Source: Acidimicrobiales bacterium
GTDB lineage: Bacteria; Actinomycetota; Acidimicrobiia; Acidimicrobiales; SHLQ01
DNA length: 64,000 nucleotides
Direction of reading: 5' to 3'
Assembly: GCA_020628865.1 (NCBI GenBank)
Contig: JAHDEJ010000009.1
Span: 80,039-144,038 of the forward strand
Shown here: positions 53,645 through 62,192 of the stretch, piece by piece
How the letters are laid out: each line of letters begins with the position of its first letter
Numbering within the stretch: the stretch's first letter is position 1
Position numbers and translations under genes: made by a program
The notes under the pieces: generated by a model
Database searches by the model: none
The model's input: only the letters and a program-made list of their open reading frames with translations
Told to the model about the DNA's origin: nothing

Positions 53645-56181
53645 GTCGCTCCGCTGGGAGGCGCGAGGACGGCGCGGAGATCGTCGAGGCCGTGAGCGCC
53701 GACGCTACGGCACAACCGGTAGACGTGGTTCTCCACCGTCCGCTCCGACAGATGTTCCGAATCCGCGATCTCCCGGGTCGAACGACCGCGCATGGCCATG
53801 GTGGCGATCTCGATCTGGCGGGCACTCGGCAGACGGAGGTCGGACGTGCACGCAAATGCGCCGCCACGCCAGACCATGCCACAGCGGACGATCCCGGCGA
53901 CGGCCGACGATCGCTCGCCGGACTCATCGTCGATCATCCGGATGGCGTCCGCGTACGTTCGTGCGGCCGCGAGCGGGATGCCGATCCGTTCGAAATCCTC
54001 CGCTGCGGCGATGGCGGAAGGCACGTCCCCGGCAATCCGCGCCTGCCCGGCGGCGAGGACGATGCAGCCGACTTCGGAGTGCGGGTGGCGCTGAAGGATG
54101 TCGATGGTTCGACCGAGTGCTGTCGGCGTTCGGAGGTCGAGCAGCTCGGCGGCGAACATGGCGAGCCAGGCTCGCTTGTGATTGCGGTTGAGCAGGTCGA
54201 TGGTGGCAGTGAGCGCGTCGTCGCTCGGCGCACGGTCGGCCGCTTCGGCGTGCAGCGCCCGCGCCCGCGTCCGGAACATTGCGACGCCGTCGTTGTCGAC
54301 GTCGTCCGGGCTGGCCGCCTCCAGAATGGCAAGCGCATCGTCGTCCACGTCGACACCCGCAAGCACCTGTCCGGCGACGAGGCTGGCGGTGGCCATCTCA
54401 CCGAAGCGAAACCAGTCCACCATCTCGGCGGCCTTTCGAGCAGTGGACGCAAGCGTGATGGCATCGACAGGGTCGCCACGAAGTGCGGTGAGGTAGCCCA
54501 TCGTGGCCCCCATCATCGAGATGCACTCGAGATTGCCGGTCTCGACCGACTCCTCGAACGAGGGGCGCATTCGATCCTCGGCCTGCTGCAGGTCGCCTCG
54601 AAAGCCGTGATACCAACCCTCCAACACAGTCGCACGATGACGGGATGAGGCCGGCGGTTGGACCAGTTCGGCAACGTCGGGAAGGCGTGCAACCAGCCCG
54701 GCAGCAGCGGCCGGATGGTCGTATTGCGACACGGACGAGATGCCGGCGAACATCAGCTCGTACTGCATGACGGAGGGCTCGATGGCCGGGTCGGAGAGAG
54801 CCCAGAGCTCGGAAAGGGTGTTGTCGTGGTCGTCGCCGGCACCGAAGATCCAGAGCCAGAACTGCCCGACCAGCAGGAGCTGACGATCGTCGATCGACAG
54901 GCCCGGCTGCGTGGCCTCGGCGAGGATCTGGTGGGCGACCTCGACTTCGCCGAGCATCACGCCCATGTAGCGGGCCATCCAGGACGCTGCCTCCACCCGA
55001 TGCGATGGGGTGCCGGTGTTGCGCACTTCTTCGAGCAGCGCCAACCCCTCCTCGACCTCGCCGGAGACGAGACATGCCTCGCCTTTGACGAGAGCGCGCT
55101 CCTCGGGATCGATGGCGTCAAGGAATTGGAGCGCCGATCGGCCGTCGAATCGGCCGATGGCGCGTCGGGCCGCCGCCAGCGCGTCATCGGCTGACGGCTC
55201 CCGTCCGGCCCGGAACTGCCAGCCGACCAGTGTGACCGGATCGACCGGCACGGAGCCGACGGAATCGAGCAGCTCACCGAAGACTTCTCGTTCGGTCGCG
55301 ATGAGTCGCTCGGCCAGGACCTCGGCGTACAGCGGATGCTCAAGACGGACGGTCGGACCATCGAGCTGCACGATTCCCGCGTCCACAAGCGCGCTGAGCG
55401 CCCGACGGCGAACGCCGAGAAGGTCGACGTGGAGTGGTTCGGCTGCAGCAATCAGTTCGGCGCAGCGAAGGGCATCGTCGTCCAGCGCGGAGATGCGGGT
55501 ACGGATCAGTGCGTCCATCGTGCTCGGCGACGACTCCCCGCTGCGAAGGCTCTCGGCGAGCTCGCGTGCGAACAACGGGCTGCCCGTGGCCAGCCGCACG
55601 ACCCGATCCCGTTCACCGTGGTCCAGTGGGCGACCGAGCAGATCCTCGGTCACCTCGAGAATGGCCTGGTCGCCGAGCGCCGGTACGTCCACACGTCGGA
55701 GGAGTCCCTCCGTGAGCATCGCTTCGATCTCGAGCGGCACCGCGTCTGGGCTGCGATGCGTGGCGATCAGTTGGACATAGTCCTGGGCGGTCGCCTGCCG
55801 GAGCACCGCGGCGGAAAGTCCATCGAGGTTCTGCACATCGTCGACCCACAACAGCGGCGGACCCGCCGGCGTTCGCTTTGCCCGCCACTGGCCGAAATAC
55901 CAGGCGAACAATGCCGGCAGATCGCCGGGAGCGACACCGTCGGGAGAGCCAACCGGAGCCAGGGCTCCCAACGCGAAGTCCGAGGTTGCCGGGCTGCACA
56001 GGAGGCGGGTCACCTCCCTGCGTGTCACGCCGCTCACCACTTCGGCGGCGAGCCGGGTCTTGCCGATGCCGGCAGGCCCGCGAAGCAGGACGCTCGCTTC
56101 GGCAGCGACCGCCCGCGCCACCGTGTCGAGCAGATCGACGCGTCCGCGGAAGTGCGCGTGTACCGGCTGGAAGACCGTCAC
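53629..56181 (-). CDS. large ATP-binding LuxR-family regulator (LAL / MalT-like)
   Basis: N-terminal Walker A LLRGPAGIGKTRLAAEV, a long helical repeat middle and a C-terminal LuxR HTH (LSARQIEIATMAMRGRSTREIADSEHLSERTVENHVYRL) are present. Confidence 0.85.
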   Translation of the reverse strand: MTVFQPVHAHFRGRVDLLDTVARAVAAEASVLLRGPAGIGKTRLAAEVVSGVTRREVTRLLCSPATSDFALGALAPVGSPDGVAPGDLPALFAWYFGQWRAKRTPAGPPLLWVDDVQNLDGLSAAVLRQATAQDYVQLIATHRSPDAVPLEIEAMLTEGLLRRVDVPALGDQAILEVTEDLLGRPLDHGERDRVVRLATGSPLFARELAESLRSGESSPSTMDALIRTRISALDDDALRCAELIAAAEPLHVDLLGVRRRALSALVDAGIVQLDGPTVRLEHPLYAEVLAERLIATEREVFGELLDSVGSVPVDPVTLVGWQFRAGREPSADDALAAARRAIGRFDGRSALQFLDAIDPEERALVKGEACLVSGEVEEGLALLEEVRNTGTPSHRVEAASWMARYMGVMLGEVEVAHQILAEATQPGLSIDDRQLLLVGQFWLWIFGAGDDHDNTLSELWALSDPAIEPSVMQYELMFAGISSVSQYDHPAAAAGLVARLPDVAELVQPPASSRHRATVLEGWYHGFRGDLQQAEDRMRPSFEESVETGNLECISMMGATMGYLTALRGDPVDAITLASTARKAAEMVDWFRFGEMATASLVAGQVLAGVDVDDDALAILEAASPDDVDNDGVAMFRTRARALHAEAADRAPSDDALTATIDLLNRNHKRAWLAMFAAELLDLRTPTALGRTIDILQRHPHSEVGCIVLAAGQARIAGDVPSAIAAAEDFERIGIPLAAARTYADAIRMIDDESGERSSAVAGIVRCGMVWRGGAFACTSDLRLPSARQIEIATMAMRGRSTREIADSEHLSERTVENHVYRLCRSVGAHGLDDLRAVLAPPSGATQLGA

Positions 56182-56194
56182 CGGACCAACCCTG

Positions 56195-56596
56195 TCAGTT
56201 TCGATCGATCACGGTCACCGCGGCCTGGTGTACGTCCAGGTGTGCGATGTCGCCGCAGGGGACCGAACGTCCGGCCGTCAGTTCGACGGCGGCGCCCATC
56301 CCGTGTCGACGGATCTGCGCAAGCAACCACGCAAGACGCCATCGTTTCGATTCCTGCGGACGCAGGCTTCCTCTCACCTCCAAGACGGTGGACGCACCGT
56401 CGTCCACGTCCAGGAGAAGCGAAACGGACTCGACGTCCGGCAAACGGATTCCTGGCGGCGACAGCACGAGCAGCCGAGCTCCGTCCCAGTGATGCAGAAC
56501 ATCCAGCTCGCCATCGATCGTTCGCAGGACCGCGCCGCCCGGCCCCCGGGCATGTGGGGCGATCGTCGCTGCGAGACGGTCGTCGTCGATGTTCAC
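56195..56596 (-). CDS. hypothetical protein, co-directional with and 14 nt upstream of the LAL regulator
   Basis: 133-aa ORF with protein-like composition. I recognise no family. Confidence 0.4.
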   Translation of the reverse strand: MNIDDDRLAATIAPHARGPGGAVLRTIDGELDVLHHWDGARLLVLSPPGIRLPDVESVSLLLDVDDGASTVLEVRGSLRPQESKRWRLAWLLAQIRRHGMGAAVELTAGRSVPCGDIAHLDVHQAAVTVIDRN

Positions 56597-56883
56597 ACTT
56601 GTTTGTCGTGGAGCGAATGGAGAATCCGTCGCTCATCATCCCACCTCCCGCACGTCCCATCCTCTCGAACTGCGCTGACACAAGCCTGACATCACATTTC
56701 ACATGGTGCGAGCGCCTCGAGATCCGGCAGCCTCCGAAGAAGTGCAGTCCCAACCCGTTCATTATGAAAATAGGCAAGAACGCTTGCTCCTGCCATCCGT
56801 TGTGGGCGAGCCCAAAAAGATTCTCCGAAGGAAACCCGTCGCCGGGAGCGATGAACCGGCCACACAACGGTGAGGAGAAGGAA

Positions 56884-57639
56884 ATGACAGTGGCGATGGG
56901 TGCCGAAGCGGCGGCACCGGAAGCAGATCTCGTGTCGGTCGTCTACGACCCTCTGGTGGCTGCAGCGCGTCGCCGGTACGTGACCGGCCGAGGACATCGG
57001 GCGATGACGGATCCGGCAGCCCGGCCGGAAGTTCTGGATCGGTTCCTGATCGAATTCTGTGCACAAGGCGTGCACATGACTCGCCCGGTCGACGACTGGA
57101 TCACCCGCGCTGGAGCGCGGTGCATCGAGCTCGGGATGGGCGAACTCGGTGCCGCATTGCAACGGCATGCGGTGCACGAAGCCGGGCATCACTCGATGAT
57201 GATCGACGACACCCGGATGCTCGTCGCGGCATGGAACCAGGACGGTCGCCGGCCGCTCGATGCCGACGAACTGCTGGCCCGGGACCCCTCCCCCGGCGTC
57301 CAGCAGTACGTCGAGCTGCATGAGCGCACGATCGACTCGGCGAATCCGTGGGGGCAGCTCGCCATCGAGTACGAGATCGAGCTGCTCTCGATCACATCGG
57401 GGCCCGTGTTGATCGGCAACGTGGCCGCCGTGTGTGGGGCGGACCGAGTGCAGTCGCTGAGCTTTCTCACCGACCACATCGCCGTCGACGAGGGGCACAC
57501 GGTCTTCAATCGTCGGCAGTTGAATCAGGTCCTGGCCGAGCGACCGGCGTTGGCCGTGCCGCTCGCCGCGGCCGGATCCGCGGCACTCGACGCCCACGCC
57601 CGGTTCATCGACGACTGCGCGGAGGTGGCAACGACATGA
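56884..57639 (+). CDS. heme-oxygenase-like fold protein, putative di-iron oxidase/oxygenase (iron-containing redox enzyme family)
   Basis: The ATG at 56884 follows GAGGAGAAGG. The protein is all-helical with spaced carboxylate/His pairs (HAVHEAGHH; EYEIE; DHIAVDEGH), as in HO-like di-iron enzymes. This is family-level inference only. Confidence 0.5.
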   Translation: MTVAMGAEAAAPEADLVSVVYDPLVAAARRRYVTGRGHRAMTDPAARPEVLDRFLIEFCAQGVHMTRPVDDWITRAGARCIELGMGELGAALQRHAVHEAGHHSMMIDDTRMLVAAWNQDGRRPLDADELLARDPSPGVQQYVELHERTIDSANPWGQLAIEYEIELLSITSGPVLIGNVAAVCGADRVQSLSFLTDHIAVDEGHTVFNRRQLNQVLAERPALAVPLAAAGSAALDAHARFIDDCAEVATT

Positions 57640-58169
57640 CGGTGGACATCCGATTCGCGGCGGACGACCGCGAGCATCGGGCCGCGTATCGCTTGCGGGC
57701 GGAGGTCTTCACGGGTGAGGGCATCCTTGCGCGGTCGGCGGATGAGCTGCTGTTCGACACCTTCGACACGCTGCCGTCGTCGCGCACGATGGTCGCAGTC
57801 AAGGATCGGCAGGTCGTCGGAACCGTGCGGGTCACCTGGGCGGATGCGGAAGCGTCCCCGGTGCAGGAGTGGTTCGACCCGACGACGGTCTTCCCCGATG
57901 GCGCGGTCGTCGGCTACGGGTCGATGCTCTGCGTGGCGGCGTCCCACCGGCGGGGCACGCTCGGTCTGCGGTTGGTGAACGCGGCGATGGCAGTGCAACG
58001 CAAGCGGGGCACCACACATGGGGTTGCCCCGATCCGGCCCGAGGCGGAACCGATCTTTCGCCGCCTGGGGTGGTTTCGGGTGGCCGAGCCGTTCGACCAT
58101 CCAATCGAACGGGTGCCCGTCGTCCCCATGGGCGCCGACCTGTGGGCGGGCGTGCTGGCCCGGACGTGA
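57636..58169 (+). CDS. GNAT-fold N-acyltransferase (N-acyl amino acid synthase / autoinducer-synthase-like, Acetyltransf_5 type)
   Basis: An ATGA overlap couples it to the upstream gene. It carries YRLRAEVFTGEGIL..ELLFDTFD..MVAVKDRQVVGTVRV and C-terminal FRRLGWFRV, as in FeeM/OlsB-like acyltransferases. Confidence 0.5.
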   Translation: MTVDIRFAADDREHRAAYRLRAEVFTGEGILARSADELLFDTFDTLPSSRTMVAVKDRQVVGTVRVTWADAEASPVQEWFDPTTVFPDGAVVGYGSMLCVAASHRRGTLGLRLVNAAMAVQRKRGTTHGVAPIRPEAEPIFRRLGWFRVAEPFDHPIERVPVVPMGADLWAGVLART

Positions 58170-58282
58170 GTGGTCGTGGGTAGATCTGCCTCATCACGAG
58201 TGTGATGGATGCGCCGAACAAGTCTCTACCGGGAACCTTCAGCAGCATCTTCGGATGAAACCCCCACCCTGACCTGAAGGTG

Positions 58283-58318
58283 GGTTCCGGGCGGAGTACC
58301 GCCACTCCGCCCGGAACC
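58283..58318. terminator. perfect 15-bp-stem hairpin (terminator or boundary element)
   Basis: GGTTCCGGGCGGAGT-ACCGCC-ACTCCGCCCGGAACC. It is preceded by the smaller hairpin CCCACC(58263-58268)/GGTGGG(58279-58284). There is no U-tract. Confidence 0.45.
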
Positions 58319-58429
58319 TCCGGAAATCCTCGGCGCATCCGTTCCCGAGCCAGCGCTGCAGCACATGCGCGACGACTAACGTCTCGGCAATCGACGGAGA
58401 AGTTGCCGTCGAGGTGAGGAGGCGGACAG

Positions 58430-60661
58430 ATGATCCACGTGGACCGATCGACGGTGCCGGCACCCCCGATGCTCATCGAGCGATGGCCGGAGGAACGCGA
58501 ACGGGCGGCCCGGCTGGCCGCCGAAGGCCGAAACCCGAGCCGCTTCGACTTCTCGATGTTCAACCGCCGTCAGGTTCGTGACGCGCTCTCGCAACTGTTC
58601 CATTCGAAGTGCGCGTACTGCGAGGCCCGCGTCGGCGTGACGAGCAAACCGGACGTGGAGCACTACCGGCCGAAGGGGAACATCACGAACGAGTTCGGCG
58701 ACACCGACCAGGGGTACTGGTGGCTGGCCGGCGAGTGGGACAACTTGCTGTTGGCCTGCCAGACCTGCAACCGCCGGTTTCGGGAGAGCGGCAAGGGCAA
58801 CTTCTTCCCCATCGCCGGCGAGCGGGCGGAGCCGTACACGACCGGGGCCGACCTCGCGGCAGAAGAACCGCTGTTGCTCGACCCCACCGTCGACCAACCC
58901 GACGACCATCTGGTCTTCCTTGACGACGGCTCCGTGGTGTCGGACACCGAGCGAGGTCGCACCACGATCCAGATCATCGGGCTGAACCGTGAGGCGCTGC
59001 AACACGCTCGCCGAGAGGCGATCGACCAGGCGCGGCGGGACCTTGCGTCAGGGCGCGGGGTCACCGAAGCGATGGCGCCCAATGCCGAATACTCGGCGGC
59101 GGTGCGTCACGTGATCGGCCCGCTGTTGGACCGCTCGCTGCTGCCCGACGCCGTTGGTGCGCTTCCGGATGAGTCGACCAAGGACCAGATCCGAGAGGCG
59201 TACACGAGTCACGTCGTCGAGCAGCAGGAGTTCACCGCTCGGGCCGCGGTCGAGCAGAAGCTGGCGATGGAGAACCGTCCGTCCTCCGGTTCGGCGCCGC
59301 CGGTGGAAGCCGACGACCTGAAACGGTTCGTGGGCAACGACTGGCTGGTCGAACGCGTCGAGCTCACCAACGTGAAGTCGATCCCGTCGATCACCTTGGA
59401 GCTGACCGGCCCGGTGCCCGACGATGTCGCGGCAGACACCACACCGATGGCGCCGTGGACGGTGCTGATCGGCGAGAACGCCACCGGAAAGTCGACCGTC
59501 CTCGATTCCACGGTGCTCGCACTCGTCGGCCAGGAGTACGCCGAGGACCTCGTGGCGAATGGCCACGTGAACCCGGCCGACTTCGTCCGTCGAGGTGAGG
59601 ACGAAGGTGTCGTCAGCGTCAAGCTCGGCGAGTCGGTCCGGAAGGTGAAGTTCACCAAGGGCAGCGATCGGCTCGAGTTCGAGAATTCCGTCGAGGCCCA
59701 GAACTTCGTGTTGGCGTATGGCGCCACCCGCCTGCTCGCCCGGGATCGGGAACTTCGCTACGGCAAGACCTGGGCCCGGGTCGACAACCTCTTCTCCTCA
59801 TTCCAACCGCTGGCTCCACCCGAGCTGCTCCTTCGTGAACTGCGAGACAACAAGCCGGACGCCTTCGAACACACCCGGGAGCTGTGGAGCGAAACGATCT
59901 GCCCGGTCCCGGGGTCGGAGCTCGACTTCGACGGCGATGAACTCGTGGTCCATGAGCACGGGTTGACCGTGCCGGTCCGGCTGTTGAGCGACGGCTACCA
60001 GACGGCGTTGGCCCTCGTGACCGACACGTTGCAGGTCGTGTTCAACGTGTTCGACAGTCCGGAGAGCGCCCGGGGTCTCGTCGTGATCGACGAGGTCGGG
60101 TCGCACCTGCACCCGACCTGGAAGATGCGGGTGGTGGAGCAGCTCCGCACGCTGATGCCCCGCATGCAGTTCCTGGCGACCACTCACGATCCGTTGTGTC
60201 TGCGGGGCTTGAAGACCGGCGAGATTGCGCTGATGCAGCGGCACGAGGACGGCTATTCGTTCGGTCAGTTCGACATGCCGTCCCCGGAGCGGATGCGGGT
60301 GGACCAGCTGTTGACCTCCAGGTTCTTCGGCCTGGCCACCACCATCGACCCGGCGCTCGATGCCGAGTTCAGCGAGTACTACCAGCTGCTTGCGATGACG
60401 ACCGCCCAGGTGGAGGAGCTCGGGAAGACCGATCGGTTGGCCGAGCTGCGGGATCGCTTGAGTGGCGAGGGCATGCTCGGGCACACTCGTCGAGACCAGC
60501 TGATCTACGAAGCCATCGACCAGTTCCTCGCAGCGGAGAAGGCGCTGGAGCGGACACCGGACGGCGACGCCGCCGACAGGCCTGACCGACAGGCCGTCTA
60601 CGCCCACATCGGCAAGCTCTGGAACTACGAGGCCGTGCGCGAAGGCCTCGCCGATTCATGA
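58430..60661 (+). CDS. HNH nuclease domain fused to an ABC/AAA_15-21-type ATPase (PtuA-like)
   Basis: aa 61-114 read CAYCE..DVEHYRPKG..WDNLLLACQTCN (4-Cys HNH). Walker A GENATGKST is at aa 348-356, signature LSDGYQ at 519 and Walker B LVVIDEVGSHLHP at 550. RBS GAGGTGAGGAGG precedes the ATG. Confidence 0.8.
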   Translation: MIHVDRSTVPAPPMLIERWPEERERAARLAAEGRNPSRFDFSMFNRRQVRDALSQLFHSKCAYCEARVGVTSKPDVEHYRPKGNITNEFGDTDQGYWWLAGEWDNLLLACQTCNRRFRESGKGNFFPIAGERAEPYTTGADLAAEEPLLLDPTVDQPDDHLVFLDDGSVVSDTERGRTTIQIIGLNREALQHARREAIDQARRDLASGRGVTEAMAPNAEYSAAVRHVIGPLLDRSLLPDAVGALPDESTKDQIREAYTSHVVEQQEFTARAAVEQKLAMENRPSSGSAPPVEADDLKRFVGNDWLVERVELTNVKSIPSITLELTGPVPDDVAADTTPMAPWTVLIGENATGKSTVLDSTVLALVGQEYAEDLVANGHVNPADFVRRGEDEGVVSVKLGESVRKVKFTKGSDRLEFENSVEAQNFVLAYGATRLLARDRELRYGKTWARVDNLFSSFQPLAPPELLLRELRDNKPDAFEHTRELWSETICPVPGSELDFDGDELVVHEHGLTVPVRLLSDGYQTALALVTDTLQVVFNVFDSPESARGLVVIDEVGSHLHPTWKMRVVEQLRTLMPRMQFLATTHDPLCLRGLKTGEIALMQRHEDGYSFGQFDMPSPERMRVDQLLTSRFFGLATTIDPALDAEFSEYYQLLAMTTAQVEELGKTDRLAELRDRLSGEGMLGHTRRDQLIYEAIDQFLAAEKALERTPDGDAADRPDRQAVYAHIGKLWNYEAVREGLADS

Positions 60662-61545
60662 TTCGCATCGATCGTGCAGGGGTGGCGGCACCGTCGGTGC
60701 TCGTCGATGAGGACTCCAGTGCAGCCCGCGAGTTGGCGCGGGCTCGCACGTCGCTGGCCGAGCACGACGGTGACCCGTCGGACTGGAAGTTCAGCTTCTC
60801 CGTCTATTCGAACGGCGACGTGAAGACGGCACTGTCGTCGCTGTTCCATGGCAAGTGCGCCTATTGCGAAAGCCGCTACGACGCCACCCAACCGATGGAC
60901 GTGGAGCACTGGCGGCCGAAGGGCCGGGTTGAAGCGGCGGATGGAACGAAGGTGAAACCGGCGTACTGGTGGCTGGCTGCGGCATGGTCGAACCTGCTGC
61001 CCAGCTGCATCGATTGCAACCGGCGCCGCTGGCACACGAACGTGGTGACCGAAGCCGAGGAGAAGCTCGGTAAGGAGGACCAGTTCCCGCTCCTCGACGA
61101 CACTCGGGCCGCAGCCGAGGGCGAGGAGGAGAACGAACGACCGTCGTTGATCAACCCGTGTGTCGACGATCCGGCCACGTTCTTCGAGTTCACTGACGAG
61201 GCCGTGATCAGGCCGAGGGACGGGCTGAACGAGTCCGAGACGCAGAGGGCCATCGACTCCATCCGGGTGTATGCGCTGAACCGATCTGCGCTCGTCGAAC
61301 AGCGGCAGGAGACGTTGCTTCGTGCCCAGATGAGCGTGGCGATCGTGCACCGGGTGGCCGAGATGCGGGTGGAGCAGCCCGACATGTCCGATGCGATCCG
61401 GATGGTGGTGGATCGGATGGTGCAGAACGAGTTCGTGTGGCTGGCCACCCACTGCCGCGACGACGCCGAATATGCGCTGATGATCCGGCAGCTCGTCGAC
61501 CGTGAATTGGCCGAGTTTCGTGAGGCGCTCGACGCAGTCGAGTGA
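60658..61545 (+). CDS. stand-alone HNH nuclease (PtuB / TIGR02646-like), paralog of the N-terminal domain of the preceding protein
   Basis: An ATGA overlap couples it to the upstream gene. It carries CAYCESRY..MDVEHWRPKG..YWWLAAAWSNLLPSCIDCN and is colinear with aa 1-200 of the upstream protein. Confidence 0.8.
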   Translation: MIRIDRAGVAAPSVLVDEDSSAARELARARTSLAEHDGDPSDWKFSFSVYSNGDVKTALSSLFHGKCAYCESRYDATQPMDVEHWRPKGRVEAADGTKVKPAYWWLAAAWSNLLPSCIDCNRRRWHTNVVTEAEEKLGKEDQFPLLDDTRAAAEGEEENERPSLINPCVDDPATFFEFTDEAVIRPRDGLNESETQRAIDSIRVYALNRSALVEQRQETLLRAQMSVAIVHRVAEMRVEQPDMSDAIRMVVDRMVQNEFVWLATHCRDDAEYALMIRQLVDRELAEFREALDAVE

Positions 61546-61550
61546 ACCGT

Positions 61551-62192
61551 TCAGACGTCCGGGTTCTGCAAACGGAGTCCCCGCCCGCGAACGACGTCGA
61601 TGCGGACGGCGGTCTCGAGTTCGTGAAGTCGGGCACGAAGCCGTTTGATGAGACCGTCGATGGCCTGGTCGCTTACGCCTTCGGCGGCGACGTCGCTCCA
61701 GACCGTTTCGACGATGGCGGCGCGTTCCACGACCTCACCCTGCGCCGCGTCGAGCATGCGTAGGAGTGTGAGTTGCCGGGGTGACAGCGCGGGTTCGAGC
61801 AGTCGCGCATCCACCCAAACGGCGTCCGTGTCCGGGTCGATCCACAGTCCGTGCAGGCGGCCGATGCGCGGTGCCATCGGTGTTGCGAGCGGATCGGTGA
61901 ATCGCAGGGAAAGCACGCCGGCGAACACCAGCACGTCGCCTTCGAGGAGCACTCGAGGTTCTGTGGTCACGGGGTCGCCGTCGATGAATGTGCCGTTGTG
62001 GCTGCCGAGGTCGACGACGGCCCATCCGGTCGCCGTTCGTTCGAAACGGGCATGCGCTCGACTGAGCTGGGCAAGATCGAACGAGATGGCGGCATCTGGC
62101 GATCGACCCAACACGCTCCCGTCGACGAGTGGCCATTGTGTCGATTCCGAACGGGCGGGATCGCCAACGAGGACGAGCAGTGCGTCGTTCAC
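61551..62192 (-). CDS. FHA domain fused to an OmpR/PhoB-type winged-helix DNA-binding domain
   Basis: FHA domain (VLGRSPDAAISFDLAQLSRAHARFE..VVDLGSHNGTFIDG) is followed by a wHTH (LSPRQLTLLRML..VSDQAIDGLIKRLRARL..VRGRGLRL). The GTG at 62192 forms a GTGA overlap with the kinase stop. An alternative ATG is at 62213. Confidence 0.8.
   Translation of the reverse strand: MNDALLVLVGDPARSESTQWPLVDGSVLGRSPDAAISFDLAQLSRAHARFERTATGWAVVDLGSHNGTFIDGDPVTTEPRVLLEGDVLVFAGVLSLRFTDPLATPMAPRIGRLHGLWIDPDTDAVWVDARLLEPALSPRQLTLLRMLDAAQGEVVERAAIVETVWSDVAAEGVSDQAIDGLIKRLRARLHELETAVRIDVVRGRGLRLQNPDV

Noticed and set aside
55336-56883. N-terminal 516 aa of ORF 55336..57639 (plus strand)
   Set aside because: It is antisense to the LAL regulator and crosses the intergenic region. 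The credible gene starts at 56884, behind a strong Shine-Dalgarno.
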